Source of the DNA: Euglena gracilis
Taxonomy: Eukaryota
DNA: 64,000 nt
Assembly: GCA_039621445.1 (NCBI GenBank)
Contig: CP154954.1
Coordinates: 23,200,954 to 23,264,953, forward strand
Direction: 5' to 3'
The translations under genes and the position numbers were made by a program. Below, in pieces: positions 11,719-23,242 of the stretch (position 1 is its first letter; each line of letters opens with the position of its first letter). The notes below the pieces were generated by a model. That model made no database searches. It had not been told where the DNA came from and saw only the letters and a program-made list of their open reading frames with translations.

Positions 11719-12024
11719 AGTGTACGTCTGATCTTCCCTTTTCCCCAAAAAGCCTCGCTTTCGCCTTGGTGCGGACCTACTTAGGGAAGAGAAAATCAGA
11801 GTAACGAAAAACCCTTTTCCCAACTTCCCGAGAAGCAAAGCACAGAGAGAGGATGGGAAAGGATAACGGACTATAATAAGTCCGAGGAAGAAAGGGGAAA
11901 ATAAATAATATAAAGAATACCACCTGTGGAGAGAGAAGGGGCACCCATTAGGAGATCCTAATAGGATCTGCTTCCATCCTAACTTCCTCAACGGAAGTGG
12001 ACAGAAGCATACGCCTGGTACACA
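11719..12024 (-). repeat. 5' LTR of element B
   Basis: Direct repeat of 1614-1919, followed by the PBS. Confidence 0.95.
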
Positions 12025-13289
12025 ATTCCTCCTGCATCAGTGCAGGAATCCCAATATCGGAACACAAGACCGCAGGGTGCGGAAACAGCACCGGCAGAAA
12101 ATATTTCTGCTGCAACAATACTGGCACAGGGCGTGGATTACCTACGTCCTGGAGGTGTATATCTATTTCCAGGAATACATGACCGCTGATGTGGATATCC
12201 ACAGAAAGTGGTTACCTCGGGGATACACCGAGGTAGACGCCAGACCCAATGATCCAGACCAACGCAGGATGAACCTGCAACCGGACTAGGAAGAGGCCGA
12301 AATCGGCCTCCAGGAGCACCTGGACACCCGGTTCGTGAAGATCCTGATCTGGGAAGGTTTCCGGATGTTTTTCGCGGCACTCAAGGGGAAACAACCTCGT
12401 TATGCGTTGCCGCTGCCCGCTTTCCTGGAAGACACAGCAGAATACGGCATGCACGAGAATTGTCGACAATGGTGGGAAGACCTCTGCCTAATCGACGACG
12501 ACGAGCCGCAATCTCTACCCGGAAGCTGGGTGAGAGCGTCGTGGCCGCCCCCATACCCCAAGTCTGACAGGAGTGAAAGTATAAGCTTTTACCGTCTGTC
12601 AGACGCACAAGGGTGCTACAGGAGCGGAAAAGACCCGCGTACTGCAGCACAACTACACACAGAGGAATCCCCTCCGGAAGCGGAGGAGGAGGAGGAAACG
12701 GTCCCAATGGCCGACGATGAACCTCAGCCAGCAGAACGTCCGGCACGGGAAACCCGTAGCCCATCGGTGGTGATGCTGGACACTGTGGCAGAAACTCCCC
12801 AGCGCCCAGGACCGCCGACAGGTGAACTGACACCCGTGCCACTGTCACCGACCTCACTGGGTACGGCAGGCGTACCGCCCCCTCCGCGGGAAAACCCTCC
12901 GGAAATGTACCACACACGCCCGAGGTAGTACGACTCAACCTCCCTGTTTCCGGGAAACCCCGTCGACAGAGGAGCCAGCGGAGGAGCCCACTTCAGGTGA
13001 AGGACCTGAACGGCGCACCTCGCTGGGCGGACGCGTACTTGGTGGTTTGTGGTCATTGATCGCTGTTGTCGCTCCACGTGGCACTGCGGTCAGTTCTTCC
13101 ACAGCTGCGGCGGAAACTGCCCAGCCGGTGGAAGAAACACCTGATACTGCAGCCATGGTGGAGGATGAACCTCCCCCAACGGCAGCGCCACCGCCGGTGT
13201 CGGAAGCGACACGGACAGAAGGCGAACAGACCGCCATGGCCGTGGAGACAAAACCAACCGTGCCAGTACAGGGACCATCAGCTCGAGAA

Positions 13290-13700
13290 TGTGTACCAGG
13301 CACGATCCCAGCTCTGTAGGAAACCTACGGAGTCTGGATCCGTCACAATCTGACGGCTGTGATGAACACAGCCTGACGATCGTGGCAGATCCTATGGGAT
13401 TTAGCGACACGTATCACACGTGCCTGCGTGATCTCTTTTCCTCACAGGTGGTATTCTATTCTTCACATTTTGATTGTTTTGAAGTAAGAGGATAAACCTC
13501 TGAAAGGACTGAACACGACTGTGAAGGAAAATTCTTACACAGCGACTTGTCTTGTGCTCTGCCTTAGCATAGGGGAATTGGGAAAAAGGGCTTTGTTACT
13601 CCAAGGATTTTTAGTCACCTAAGTAGGTGCGCACCAGGAGAAAGCGAAACAGGCTTTTCTGGGACAAAAGGGGTCAAAGGGAAGTCTTTGGACGTACACT
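13290..13700 (+). repeat. 5' LTR of element C
   Basis: TGTGTACCAGG...GACGTACACT followed by PBS TGGTAGCAGA. Confidence 0.9.
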
Positions 13701-13954
13701 TGGTAGCAGATTTAGGCAACGATCCTACACAGACATTCCACACAGAGAAACTCTGTGGTTGACTGTTGGTGAGGATCGTGCTGAGCCGTGAAACACGGTG
13801 AAAGTACTGTTCCTGGCCCCTAGCGAACCTTTAAGAAAGGATACAGGTCTCAGAAGGCTCTGTTCGGTAATCGCCGATACAACCTTTCTGGTCCCTGTTT
13901 CTCTGCTTATTTGTATGAATTTTTGGGTTTTTGTTTTTTTACCCATCTCAAAAG

Positions 13955-16900
13955 ATGCAGAGCACAAGCCCCAACCCAAAATTTGATTATGATTTGTTGA
14001 TGAGTTCATTGAGCAATTTTGATGAAGATTGCGGGGATTGGAACGGTTCAAGTGAAACAGGTTCCAATTCCCGACCCCTCGAGCAAGAAGAAGGCAATTT
14101 GACTCATTTGTCATTGTCAAAAGGCGAAACGCCTTTATTGTTACATGGGGGTAATGAACCCTCTTCATCATCATTGTCATTGATTGTGCGGGATGTTGGT
14201 GGCAAAATTCCTTCCTCCATCCCGGTTCACCCATCATTGATGCGGCGAGGGGATGAACCCCTTGCACCTTCACACTTGGTTACTCATGTTACCCGTGAAC
14301 AAAGTGAGGGGTATTTGCCCTTTGCTCTGTTCACACCCAAAAGATCCCCGGTGGAAGCACCGGTGGGCCTTTTGGAGTGCAACTCGGTGGAAAAACCGTG
14401 TTTTTTCCAACCCCCGCCCTCAATTTCCACCCCCCCGCACCATTTCACGCATTGCCTGGATTACCCGCGGAAACTACGGTTTTCCCTGTTTTGCCATGGA
14501 ACCCAGATATGCGTCTGGCGGTGCCGGAAATCTCTGGTGCCGTTTCCATTGTGGAGGACTATGAGGAAGATTTGCGGGATAACCTCACCCCCGGTGATGT
14601 TTACCGAATTCTCGGTCTACTCCCAGCGGTTCACCCGCTGAGCAAGCAAATTTTGCATGTCCACCAATGTGTTGCGGAATGCGCAACCATGCTCAACAAG
14701 GTTTTGCAGTTTGATGAGGACAATCAAAGGGTTGTCAACACCAAACTGGAATATTGCTGGAATTATTTGCAGGAAATTGGCAAATATTGCCAACACAATT
14801 TTGAAAATGCGGGGAAAGACCTTCAGCATTTTCGGGAAAGTGTTGACTGTATTTTGCGAATCCAACTTCCACAAAACTTCCAACAAATCATGAAGCGGAA
14901 ACGCGGAATGATTCCAAGTTTCTGCATGTGCAAGATGGTATGAGCCATCTTTTTGCCAAAGTGCAATCATGTTCAACCATGCTACTGCAATTGCAGCACC
15001 AGTTACAAGCGCAAAATGCCACCCCCAAAATGCCGGAAATCGGTAACTTTGTTGCGGTTCAGCATTTTGCCACACTCACTACTTCTTTCAAAGAAGCCCA
15101 ACAACGGATTTTACATCTTGGCTCGGAAATCGAGCATTTGAAGCAATTTCAGGCGAACGTGCAAGAAAATTTTGTTCCCCGTTCGCAAATCCAGGTTTTG
15201 GAGGAACACATCCTACACTTGGAGCAGAAATCCTGCCATTGTGCCGCAAATCAGGATGGATTAACCACCCTGCACGCGAAAATCGCCCATTGCGCACGAC
15301 GGTTGGATTTCGCGCAGCAACAATCGCAAACGGACATTTGCGGTATTAATGCCACCGTTGTCGGTTTGCAGGAGCATATTTCCGCACTTTCCAAGCGAAT
15401 TCCCGACATTAGTGGTATTCAAGCCGCTATTGGGGAATTACAAACCCGTTGCACCTTGTTGTCCACCACAGTAGCGGAAATTCGCGCACTTCCCAATATC
15501 TCGCGCGCTCGGATATCGGAGTCACCCGAATTTCGCTCATTTTATACAAAATGCTTGGTGACAACAAGGAAACCTTGCAAGCATTTTGCACGAGTTTGAT
15601 TCAACTTGAGGAATCTGTGAATCGGAATGCCCGTTCCATGCAAGACGAGGTTTCACGGTTGGATGGACGAATTTCTGCGTTGTTGGAAAAGCCAACCGCG
15701 GAAAGTTCGGACACCACCGCGGAAACCCCCACCAATTCACTCCACCAATTGCAAATTGTCTCAAATGCAGTAAAAGCGCTTGCGGGTCAACTCCGGAATG
15801 TGGAGGAGTCCCAAGGACAACTTGTCCAAGATTTACACTTGGTTTCTGAAAAGTTACCACACTTGGACGATTTTTCCCGTTACCGCAAACGCGTTAGGCA
15901 TTTGGAGACTGAGGTTGACCGTATTTGCGGCCAACTCCAGTTGGTGGAACATTTGGAAGAAACGGTGCATGTCTTGTCCGCGAGTTTGGATAAAATGTCC
16001 ACTCCGGTACCGGTTGTGCCACCACCCACCGCGGTAAGCGCTGCGGTTGCTATTCCAAATGTCCCGGAATCACGTTCTCAAATTACCATTTCTGGAGTAG
16101 GAATCCCTACATCCACCGCGAATTTGATACAACCACCTGCGAAAACGCGAATTGTACCACCTTTTCATCTGCCCACACCGCAACCCCACTTTCCACAACA
16201 CATTTCCGATGGGGAAATTGACCCCCCGCTCGAAAATTCGGGTCTCCACCAAGAAATTCAAAATTCCAACCTTGTACGAGGAATGAGCCAACAGCCCACA
16301 CCTGGTGTTGGTCATGTGTTGCATTCGCGACCATACCAATCACCAACGGTTTCTGGATTACCAGACCACCCGTCGGGTTTTCGGCGGGAAACCCGCCCCA
16401 CCGGGCAAATTTCACCGCATTTTTCGCAATTCCCGCAGTAAAATCCTGCCACCCCTACACTCGGTGCGGGAAATCGTGCACGGGGTTCACATGGAGCGGA
16501 AAATCCGCGAAACGCGTTTGGTGTTAAGAATTACCCTGACCCAAACCCCTGGAATTCCAGGGTCAGCGGGTTACTCAGAGAGACTTCAAGGGCACCATCG
16601 CAATCGCGAACAAGGTGAAACCCCAATGGAACGGGGATCCAACCACATGGAGACAATTTTTTGGGGACTGGAGGTACTACTGGGCACTAAAGGGACCCAC
16701 CCAAGACCCGAATCCCGAGGTAGTCAAGATGGAATTCATCGATTGCCTACCGAGAGAGGAGCGAGAGCGCGCACGCAACTTGGTGATACGTAATGGCGTA
16801 TCATTCGATGACCTGGTTGAGCAACACGCTTCAACCAACTCAAGCTTGGTCACCAGGATTACCCTGGCGAAGAAATGGCGACAATGCGTACCAACGGATC

Positions 16901-18015
16901 ACAAATGGAAATCCATCGACCTTTGGTATGCCAAATGGTTTGCACTTGGTTCCAAAGTTGATGAACTTAGTGAGAAGCAAATGCGCGAACAATTCGATGC
17001 GGTTTTGTTGCATTTCACACCATCCCTCGTGAAGGATATCCATCGCGAGGAGTTGGCGGGGCATGAGATGACTCTTGCCGAACGTTGGAATTATGTGTCA
17101 AAGCAACTCAAGCTCACACAAGTTTTGGGACAAATACAGTCCGCTTTCCAAACGCATCCCACCGCGGGAATCCCTGCGGGTGCCGTTAATGCGTTGCAAA
17201 AATCACCCATGTCACCAAGATCACCCACCACGGGACCGAAAACGCGGAATCAGCGTTCTTGGGATCAAGGCGCGGATAAACTGTGCTTTATGTGCAACAA
17301 ATCTGGTCACATGTCTCGGGAATGCCCGAATCCCGATGCGCGAAAGCATATTGGAAGCCCAAGGGGCTCGCCCTCCTCACGGGGATCGGGTTCCTCGACG
17401 TTTTCACGACAATCGGGAGTTTCACGTTCTTCGTAGAACCGCCTTAGCGGTAGTAGGCCCAAGTCACCATCGCGTGATGGTCGGGAAACTTGTCCTTCTC
17501 GCGGTCGGTCACCTGGACCCCCTACCCGAAAACGGGATTTCAATCGAGACCCTTCACGATCTCGTTCGCGAAGTGGATCATCCTCTTCGCGCGAGTCAAC
17601 GGGGAAGTCCCGGTACACCGGTCATGGTCGACGGGAAACCCGTTCGCAACGACGGTTCGACGGAAGAATAGAATACCGTTCTACCCGATATGCGGAATCC
17701 CGCCACAAATCCCGTTGTTCACTTTGCGGTTCCAAAGACCACCACTCATCCAAATGTCCCAGATCTCGTTCCCCCCGGCCCGGCTACGGAAATCGCGGTA
17801 AGCGCCGGGAGGACCGTGGTAACTCCTCCAAACGGCAAAAGGTCAGTTTCAAGGTATCTTGTTTGGAGGAGGACACCCCGGCTTCGGGCAGGGAGGGGGA
17901 TGAGACCTCGGACGGGGAATTTAATGAGGCCCGAATGGCGATGCGCTCATTGAATTCCATCTATTCCACCAAGAAGTCCGTTGCCGGCTATGCGGCCGGT
18001 TCGGACTTGGAGTAG
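13955..18015 (+). pseudogene. gag: gag of element C (frameshifts and stops)
   Basis: Fragments homologous to the B Gag, knuckle CFMCNKSGHMSREC, ends AGSDLE-TAG. Confidence 0.9.
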
Positions 18016-21000
18016 GGGAGCCCGAGGTGCGAGGGCACGGACCTCTGGGCTGATGAACAGATGGAGGTAAGACCTGATCAACCTTACCCCCCCTGCCCAT
18101 CCGCCTTCACGGTCAGTACCCGGAATTATTTCGCGTCCCCTACCCCCCACTCCACATTTACGCTCGGAATGCTGAGCAAAGTAGGAAAGGGTTCATGGGA
18201 AAGCTGGCATGCAAACGTATTTCCGCCAGACCCTTCACTTTGCGTACCACCAATGGAATTACTTGTCCAAGCGGAAATCCGCATTCAAAATTTTAACTGA
18301 CACTGGTTGTCGCATTGCACTGCTCTTTCGGTTGGGGTTGATACCGACCCCGCTCTTGGTAAACGCCAAGAAACCGATCGAAATTGCAACCGCGGATAAC
18401 ACCCGCATGTGTAGTGGTGATTTGGGATGTGTGCTCGAGATACTCTTGCCATCATTCCGAAGCATTACTCACAACCCCCACAATTACGACATTTCACCAA
18501 TATTTGGGGTTACGAGTCCGGAATTCACGGGTCTGACGTAATTTTGGGATGCCCATTTTTACGCCAGTACCGATTGGTTGTGGATTGCCACTCCCACGGT
18601 TTGCGCATAGCACCCACCACTTCATTGACACCCAAACCACTATCACCGTTGGCATCCGCCATGATGACCACCACTTTTCTAACACCGTTACCCACGATGG
18701 CAACATCGTTATCCACCACACCAACAACCGTTTTCCACACCCGGGGTACGGAGAAAGCCTCCCCCCTGCCCAATGATACACCAGCAGGCGTTCTACCTGA
18801 GGCAGGGCAAGCGAGTAGCGGTACCCCCGCCGTTTCACTGGGTTACAAGACGAAATCCCAAAGGCCTGCGTACGGTGTCGAGTAGTCGCCCAGCTACACC
18901 ACCACTCCGTTTCCCACCAGTTGTGCCGAATCCAGGCACACCCGTACAAGACTCACCGGCTAGTGCCACCGGCACCCACTTACACACACACCCGTCACAC
19001 CATCACACTTCCTACCAATGTGTGCACTGCAGGAGAATTTCCACCCAATCGGATTTCGATTGTGGATGTTTAGTTGAAAATTCGACACTAATCGCATTTC
19101 CGAATACGGAATCCACACGCCATGATACACTTGGTTGTAGCCCGCAATGCGCGGAGATACACCGAGTACTCCAACCACGCGGATTAACCTCGTTGTTCCG
19201 AAACGCGAAAAGCGTTATGCCTAATCACCATCCCGAGTACACTTGGTATGAATTTGACGCGGAATGGGGAAACCCCAGCCTGTCCAAACTCCCTTGGGTT
19301 TAACCTTTGCGGTTGTGGAAGACAGTCCGCATGTTTGTGGATCCCTTCATTGTGTTTCGTCACTCCTACCCGGAAATCGGGTGCATGAATACGCGAAACG
19401 CGTATGGAATGCTTTCAATTTTGGTCAATATCGCATTTTGGAACGATGGTTTTCCAAAATCGCGACATTGGCTGATTCTTTTTATTTGGCATTGTAAATC
19501 GATGCCTTTTCATCCAATGCACATGTCCGTTTGCCACGTCATTGGTCACAACACTCCAACGCATTTGATAAATTTTGGGGTGATACGGTGATATGGATGC
19601 ACCCTCCCCCAAAACTTATCGAATGTGCGGTTGAGAAAATTCTGCGGGATGAAGCCCGTGCAGTTATTATTCTCATACCCATCATTCCGGAAGCGGAATG
19701 GTTCACCCAACTATGGTATGTGTGTTTTCATTGGTGGGATTTACCCACTAATGTACCGATTTTTGAGGATTTTTGTGGTAAAATATTACCACCCTTGCAA
19801 AAAATCATTTTCCGCGTATGTTTCTGCGATGCATTCGGAATGTCCGAATTCGCGGTGCCGAGGAAGCTCGGTAGCCCCAGGGATACCCTGGTGGTTTCCG
19901 CAGTCATCGAGGGTGCAGGTCAGCGTCCTAAGTCAGCCGAATTCTGTTCGCGGATCAACCGCGAATTTCACGGTGTGCTGGAAAATGCAGTATACGCGTG
20001 CGACATCGACCCCGCGATACGCGGTCCTTTCGGTGTTTGCAAGATCGACCTTAAGGAAGGAGCTAAACCAATGCACCGGAAATTTGCTCGTTGTTCGGGA
20101 GAACGCGAACAAGCTCTCAATGAAATGATTGAGAAGCTTATTCAGCGCAAGTCGATCGTACCCTCGAAAAGCGAGTGGACATCCCAGGCATTCGTTGTTC
20201 CTAAACCCCCAGATCCCTCAGGTCAGAAGAAGTGGAGACTGGTGCTGGATTACCGGTACCTGAACTCCCAAAAAAGGGATGATCCCTTCCCGCTCCCCCT
20301 GATCGAGAACTTGATCACCACACAATCGGAAAACCGGTTGTGGTCAATTTTCGATCTGGAGGACGGTTTTCACCAAATGCACTTGCACCCTGACTCACAA
20401 CCATACACGGCATTCGTGACATCCAAGGGTGTGTACCAATGGACGGTACTCCCCATGGGTGTTAAGAATGGTCCTGCCATGTCTCAACGCATGATACAAT
20501 GGGTTTTACGCGATGTACCGTTTGCCATTGTGCACATTGATGATGTGCTGGTGGGGACACCACCACCAACCACATAATCGAGCGAGGATATCCTCGTCAC
20601 ACACGTCCACCATGTTTACGCGGTATTAGACACTTTTCAAAAACATGTGCTTTACGTGAAAGGCGCGAAAATGCATTTGTTTCGGATACTTATAAAATTT
20701 TGCGGTCGCATCCTCAGCAATGGACAGCGGAAATCCGCTCCGAGTAAACTCGAAGCCATTAAGAAATGGACCCCTGAGGTAATCAAAACTATTACACACC
20801 TCAAAGGATTTTGGGATTAGCCCAATATTACGCGATTTATATGAAGGAATTCGCGAAAATCGCGGTGCCCCTCACCAAACAGCTCAAAAACCGGGCTGTT
20901 GACAACACCAAAGTCATTTGGGATGACCAAATGCGCGAGGCCCTTGAGAAAATCAAGGTTTTGCTTTTGGAGAATGTTGTCCTCGAAATCGCGGACCGGT

Positions 21001-23083
21001 ACAAACCATATGTCCTGACAGCAGCGATTACGCTGTTGGCGGAGTTCTTAGCCAGCATAACGCGGCGAATAAGCTCCGACCTGTGGCTTTCTTCAGCAGA
21101 AAGTTACAGGGCGACGACGGAAAAGGACAAGTCAAGTGGAGTATACGCGAGAAGGAAACCTACGCAATCGTGCTTATACTCCAGAAATATCGGAGCTGGG
21201 TAGCCAGCAGCCTCGTCCAGATCCTCGTCAAGACCGACCATGAGAGTATGCAACACTGGTACACCGAGGATTTGAACAAGGCCATGTCATCGGTCGGAAG
21301 GCGATGCAGATGGCATGAGTGCTTGAGTCAATTCAACCTTGTGGTTATTTATACCCCTGGTCACACACAAACAGTAGCGGATCCGCTGAGTCGGGCCCCT
21401 TGGTATTACCCTGGGAACCCGGACGAGGGAGACGCGACTTTTCATGGAAGTCAGGAAGCTGACGAATACGCACGTCGAAACGACGCTGCGGACAATCTTT
21501 TGGATTCTTTTCCCGGTTTCACAACTATTCCTGGTCGCTCCAGTGCGCGGAAGGCGCCGACGTGGAAGCACGTCCGGACCCCGGCGTATTACACGCACGG
21601 AGTCCCCTTCCCAACTGTTCTTTCGCGAATGGGATTATAGTCGTGACCCGGTATATGACACCATTGTCACCAGACTTCGTAATGGCGAAGTGCTGGACAA
21701 TTACACTCTTTCACCTTTACGGTTGGTTTTTCGCAATGAATCGGGTTACAAATATTGTATCCCCCAGGACCTGGTAGATGATGTGATTTTATGCTATCAC
21801 AACCACGGTCACCCTGGGGCCCCCAAACGTATTTCGTTGGTGGGCCGCAGGTATTGCACAACCCTGAGCGAGAAAGAGCTTTACTCACGCTGTTTGCGAA
21901 TAGCGCAACGGTGTCAAATTTGTCAAGCGGTAAAACCGCGCAGAGGTACCCCCCCTGGTACGATGGACTTTTGTCCCGTACCCCCTGACATTTTTACATC
22001 CCTCTGCATGGATTTTCTGGAATTAGAACCGTGCAAAGGAACAGACGACAAAATTTACGATTACTTTTTTGTTGTCGTCCGCAGGCTGAGTGGGTACATT
22101 GTAGCCATTCCATGCCAGAAGTCAGGGTTGACTGCCCAAAGTTTGGCAACTATATTTTTGGAGAAATCTATTTGCTTAATGGGTTTACGGAATGAAATCG
22201 TGAGTGATCAAGACCATTTGATTTCTTCAAGTTTTTTCACCACTTTGCGCGGTTTACTCGGAATCGAGCAACATTTTTCCATTGTATACTGACCCAAAGG
22301 CAATGGTAGAGCCGAGGCAGCCGTGAAATCCGTCGTGAATATGCTTCGCCTTTCACTGGCTGACTCGCGCAGCAACTGGATATCAGTTCTACCATGGTCT
22401 TTGTTTTATATCAATACCCTACCAGGGTTGGTTTTGCCTTACTCCCCCTATAAATTAATTTTCGTACGGGACCCTCCGGCAATAGGGGATGTCCCTTCGG
22501 AGAGACCCGCCCGAATGAGTGTCAGTTGCGAACCTGGTTTGCGGAAGTAGAAAATCTACGTTCTGCAGTCAAGAAGCGCGTGACTGATATTCATGCAACC
22601 AAACGGAAATCTTTTTTGCAGAATTTCAAGTCACCTGTGTTTAGTCCCGGTGACCGCGTGTGGGTGCGGAATAGCCGCACTCGCATGCAGTGTTCCAAGC
22701 TGGACCCCCTCTGTCTCGGCCCCTGTGAAATCCTGGAAAGACTAGGTACCAGCGGGCGTTACAAGGTTGCATTACCGAATGGTGTTGAGGACGTTCATAT
22801 GGACGACTTCAAACCATACCTGTAGCCACCGGATGGGAAACCCATCCCGTGTTCGCACTTCAAACCCCGTTCCAGATTACCTGAGACGGACGACTTTGTA
22901 GTCGATAAAATCATCGATCACAAAATCGACAAAGGTATGCACCTTTGGAAGGTCCGCTGGAAAGGGTATGGGCCCGAGGAGGACACTTGGGAGCCAGCAA
23001 CCAGTTTTGTTGGGTATATCTAGCAATATTGGAAGCTGTGGAACAAGAAGCATAACATTGATGTTTCCATGACACGTTTTTGA
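18016..23083 (+). pseudogene. pol: pol of element C (PR-MT-RT-RH-IN-chromo), multiple frameshifts and stops
   Basis: TDTGC, WMHPPP, LVLDYRYLN, HIDD, KTDHES, HNHGH..CQIC, SDQD, VRWKGYGPEEDTWEP. Confidence 0.92.
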
Positions 23084-23242
23084 GAACGCATGGGAAACCC
23101 ATGTTGTTTTCTCTTCCTTTTATCATTGATTGTTATCATTCTTTCCTTCCGCAGACTTTTTAGCAAATCATACTCAAGCGGTTACCATTACCAACACAAC
23201 CGACCACACAACCATCCCACCGTACCGACACCGGGCGGTATC

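Larger units (their letters stand above)
1614..12024 (-). mobile_element. Element B: non-autonomous Gypsy LTR retrotransposon (intact gag, relic protease, 91-bp array), TSD ATTCC
   Basis: Two 306-bp LTRs with one mismatch. ATTCC at 1609-1613 and 12025-12029. The uninterrupted target GGAG-ATTCC-TCCTGC is seen in the paralog at ~25530. PBS and PPT are present. Confidence 0.95.
542..13289 (+). pseudogene. Element A: partial ORF3 of the Gypsy family, split by element B (1614-12024) and truncated by element C at 13290
   Basis: 683-1613 and 12025-13289 translate to sequence homologous to ORF3 at 33385-37083 (KGKGKG tract, YLEEIWPNID, LECQFCKEVH, WITYVLEVY). Premature stops at 1354 and 12289. Confidence 0.85.
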
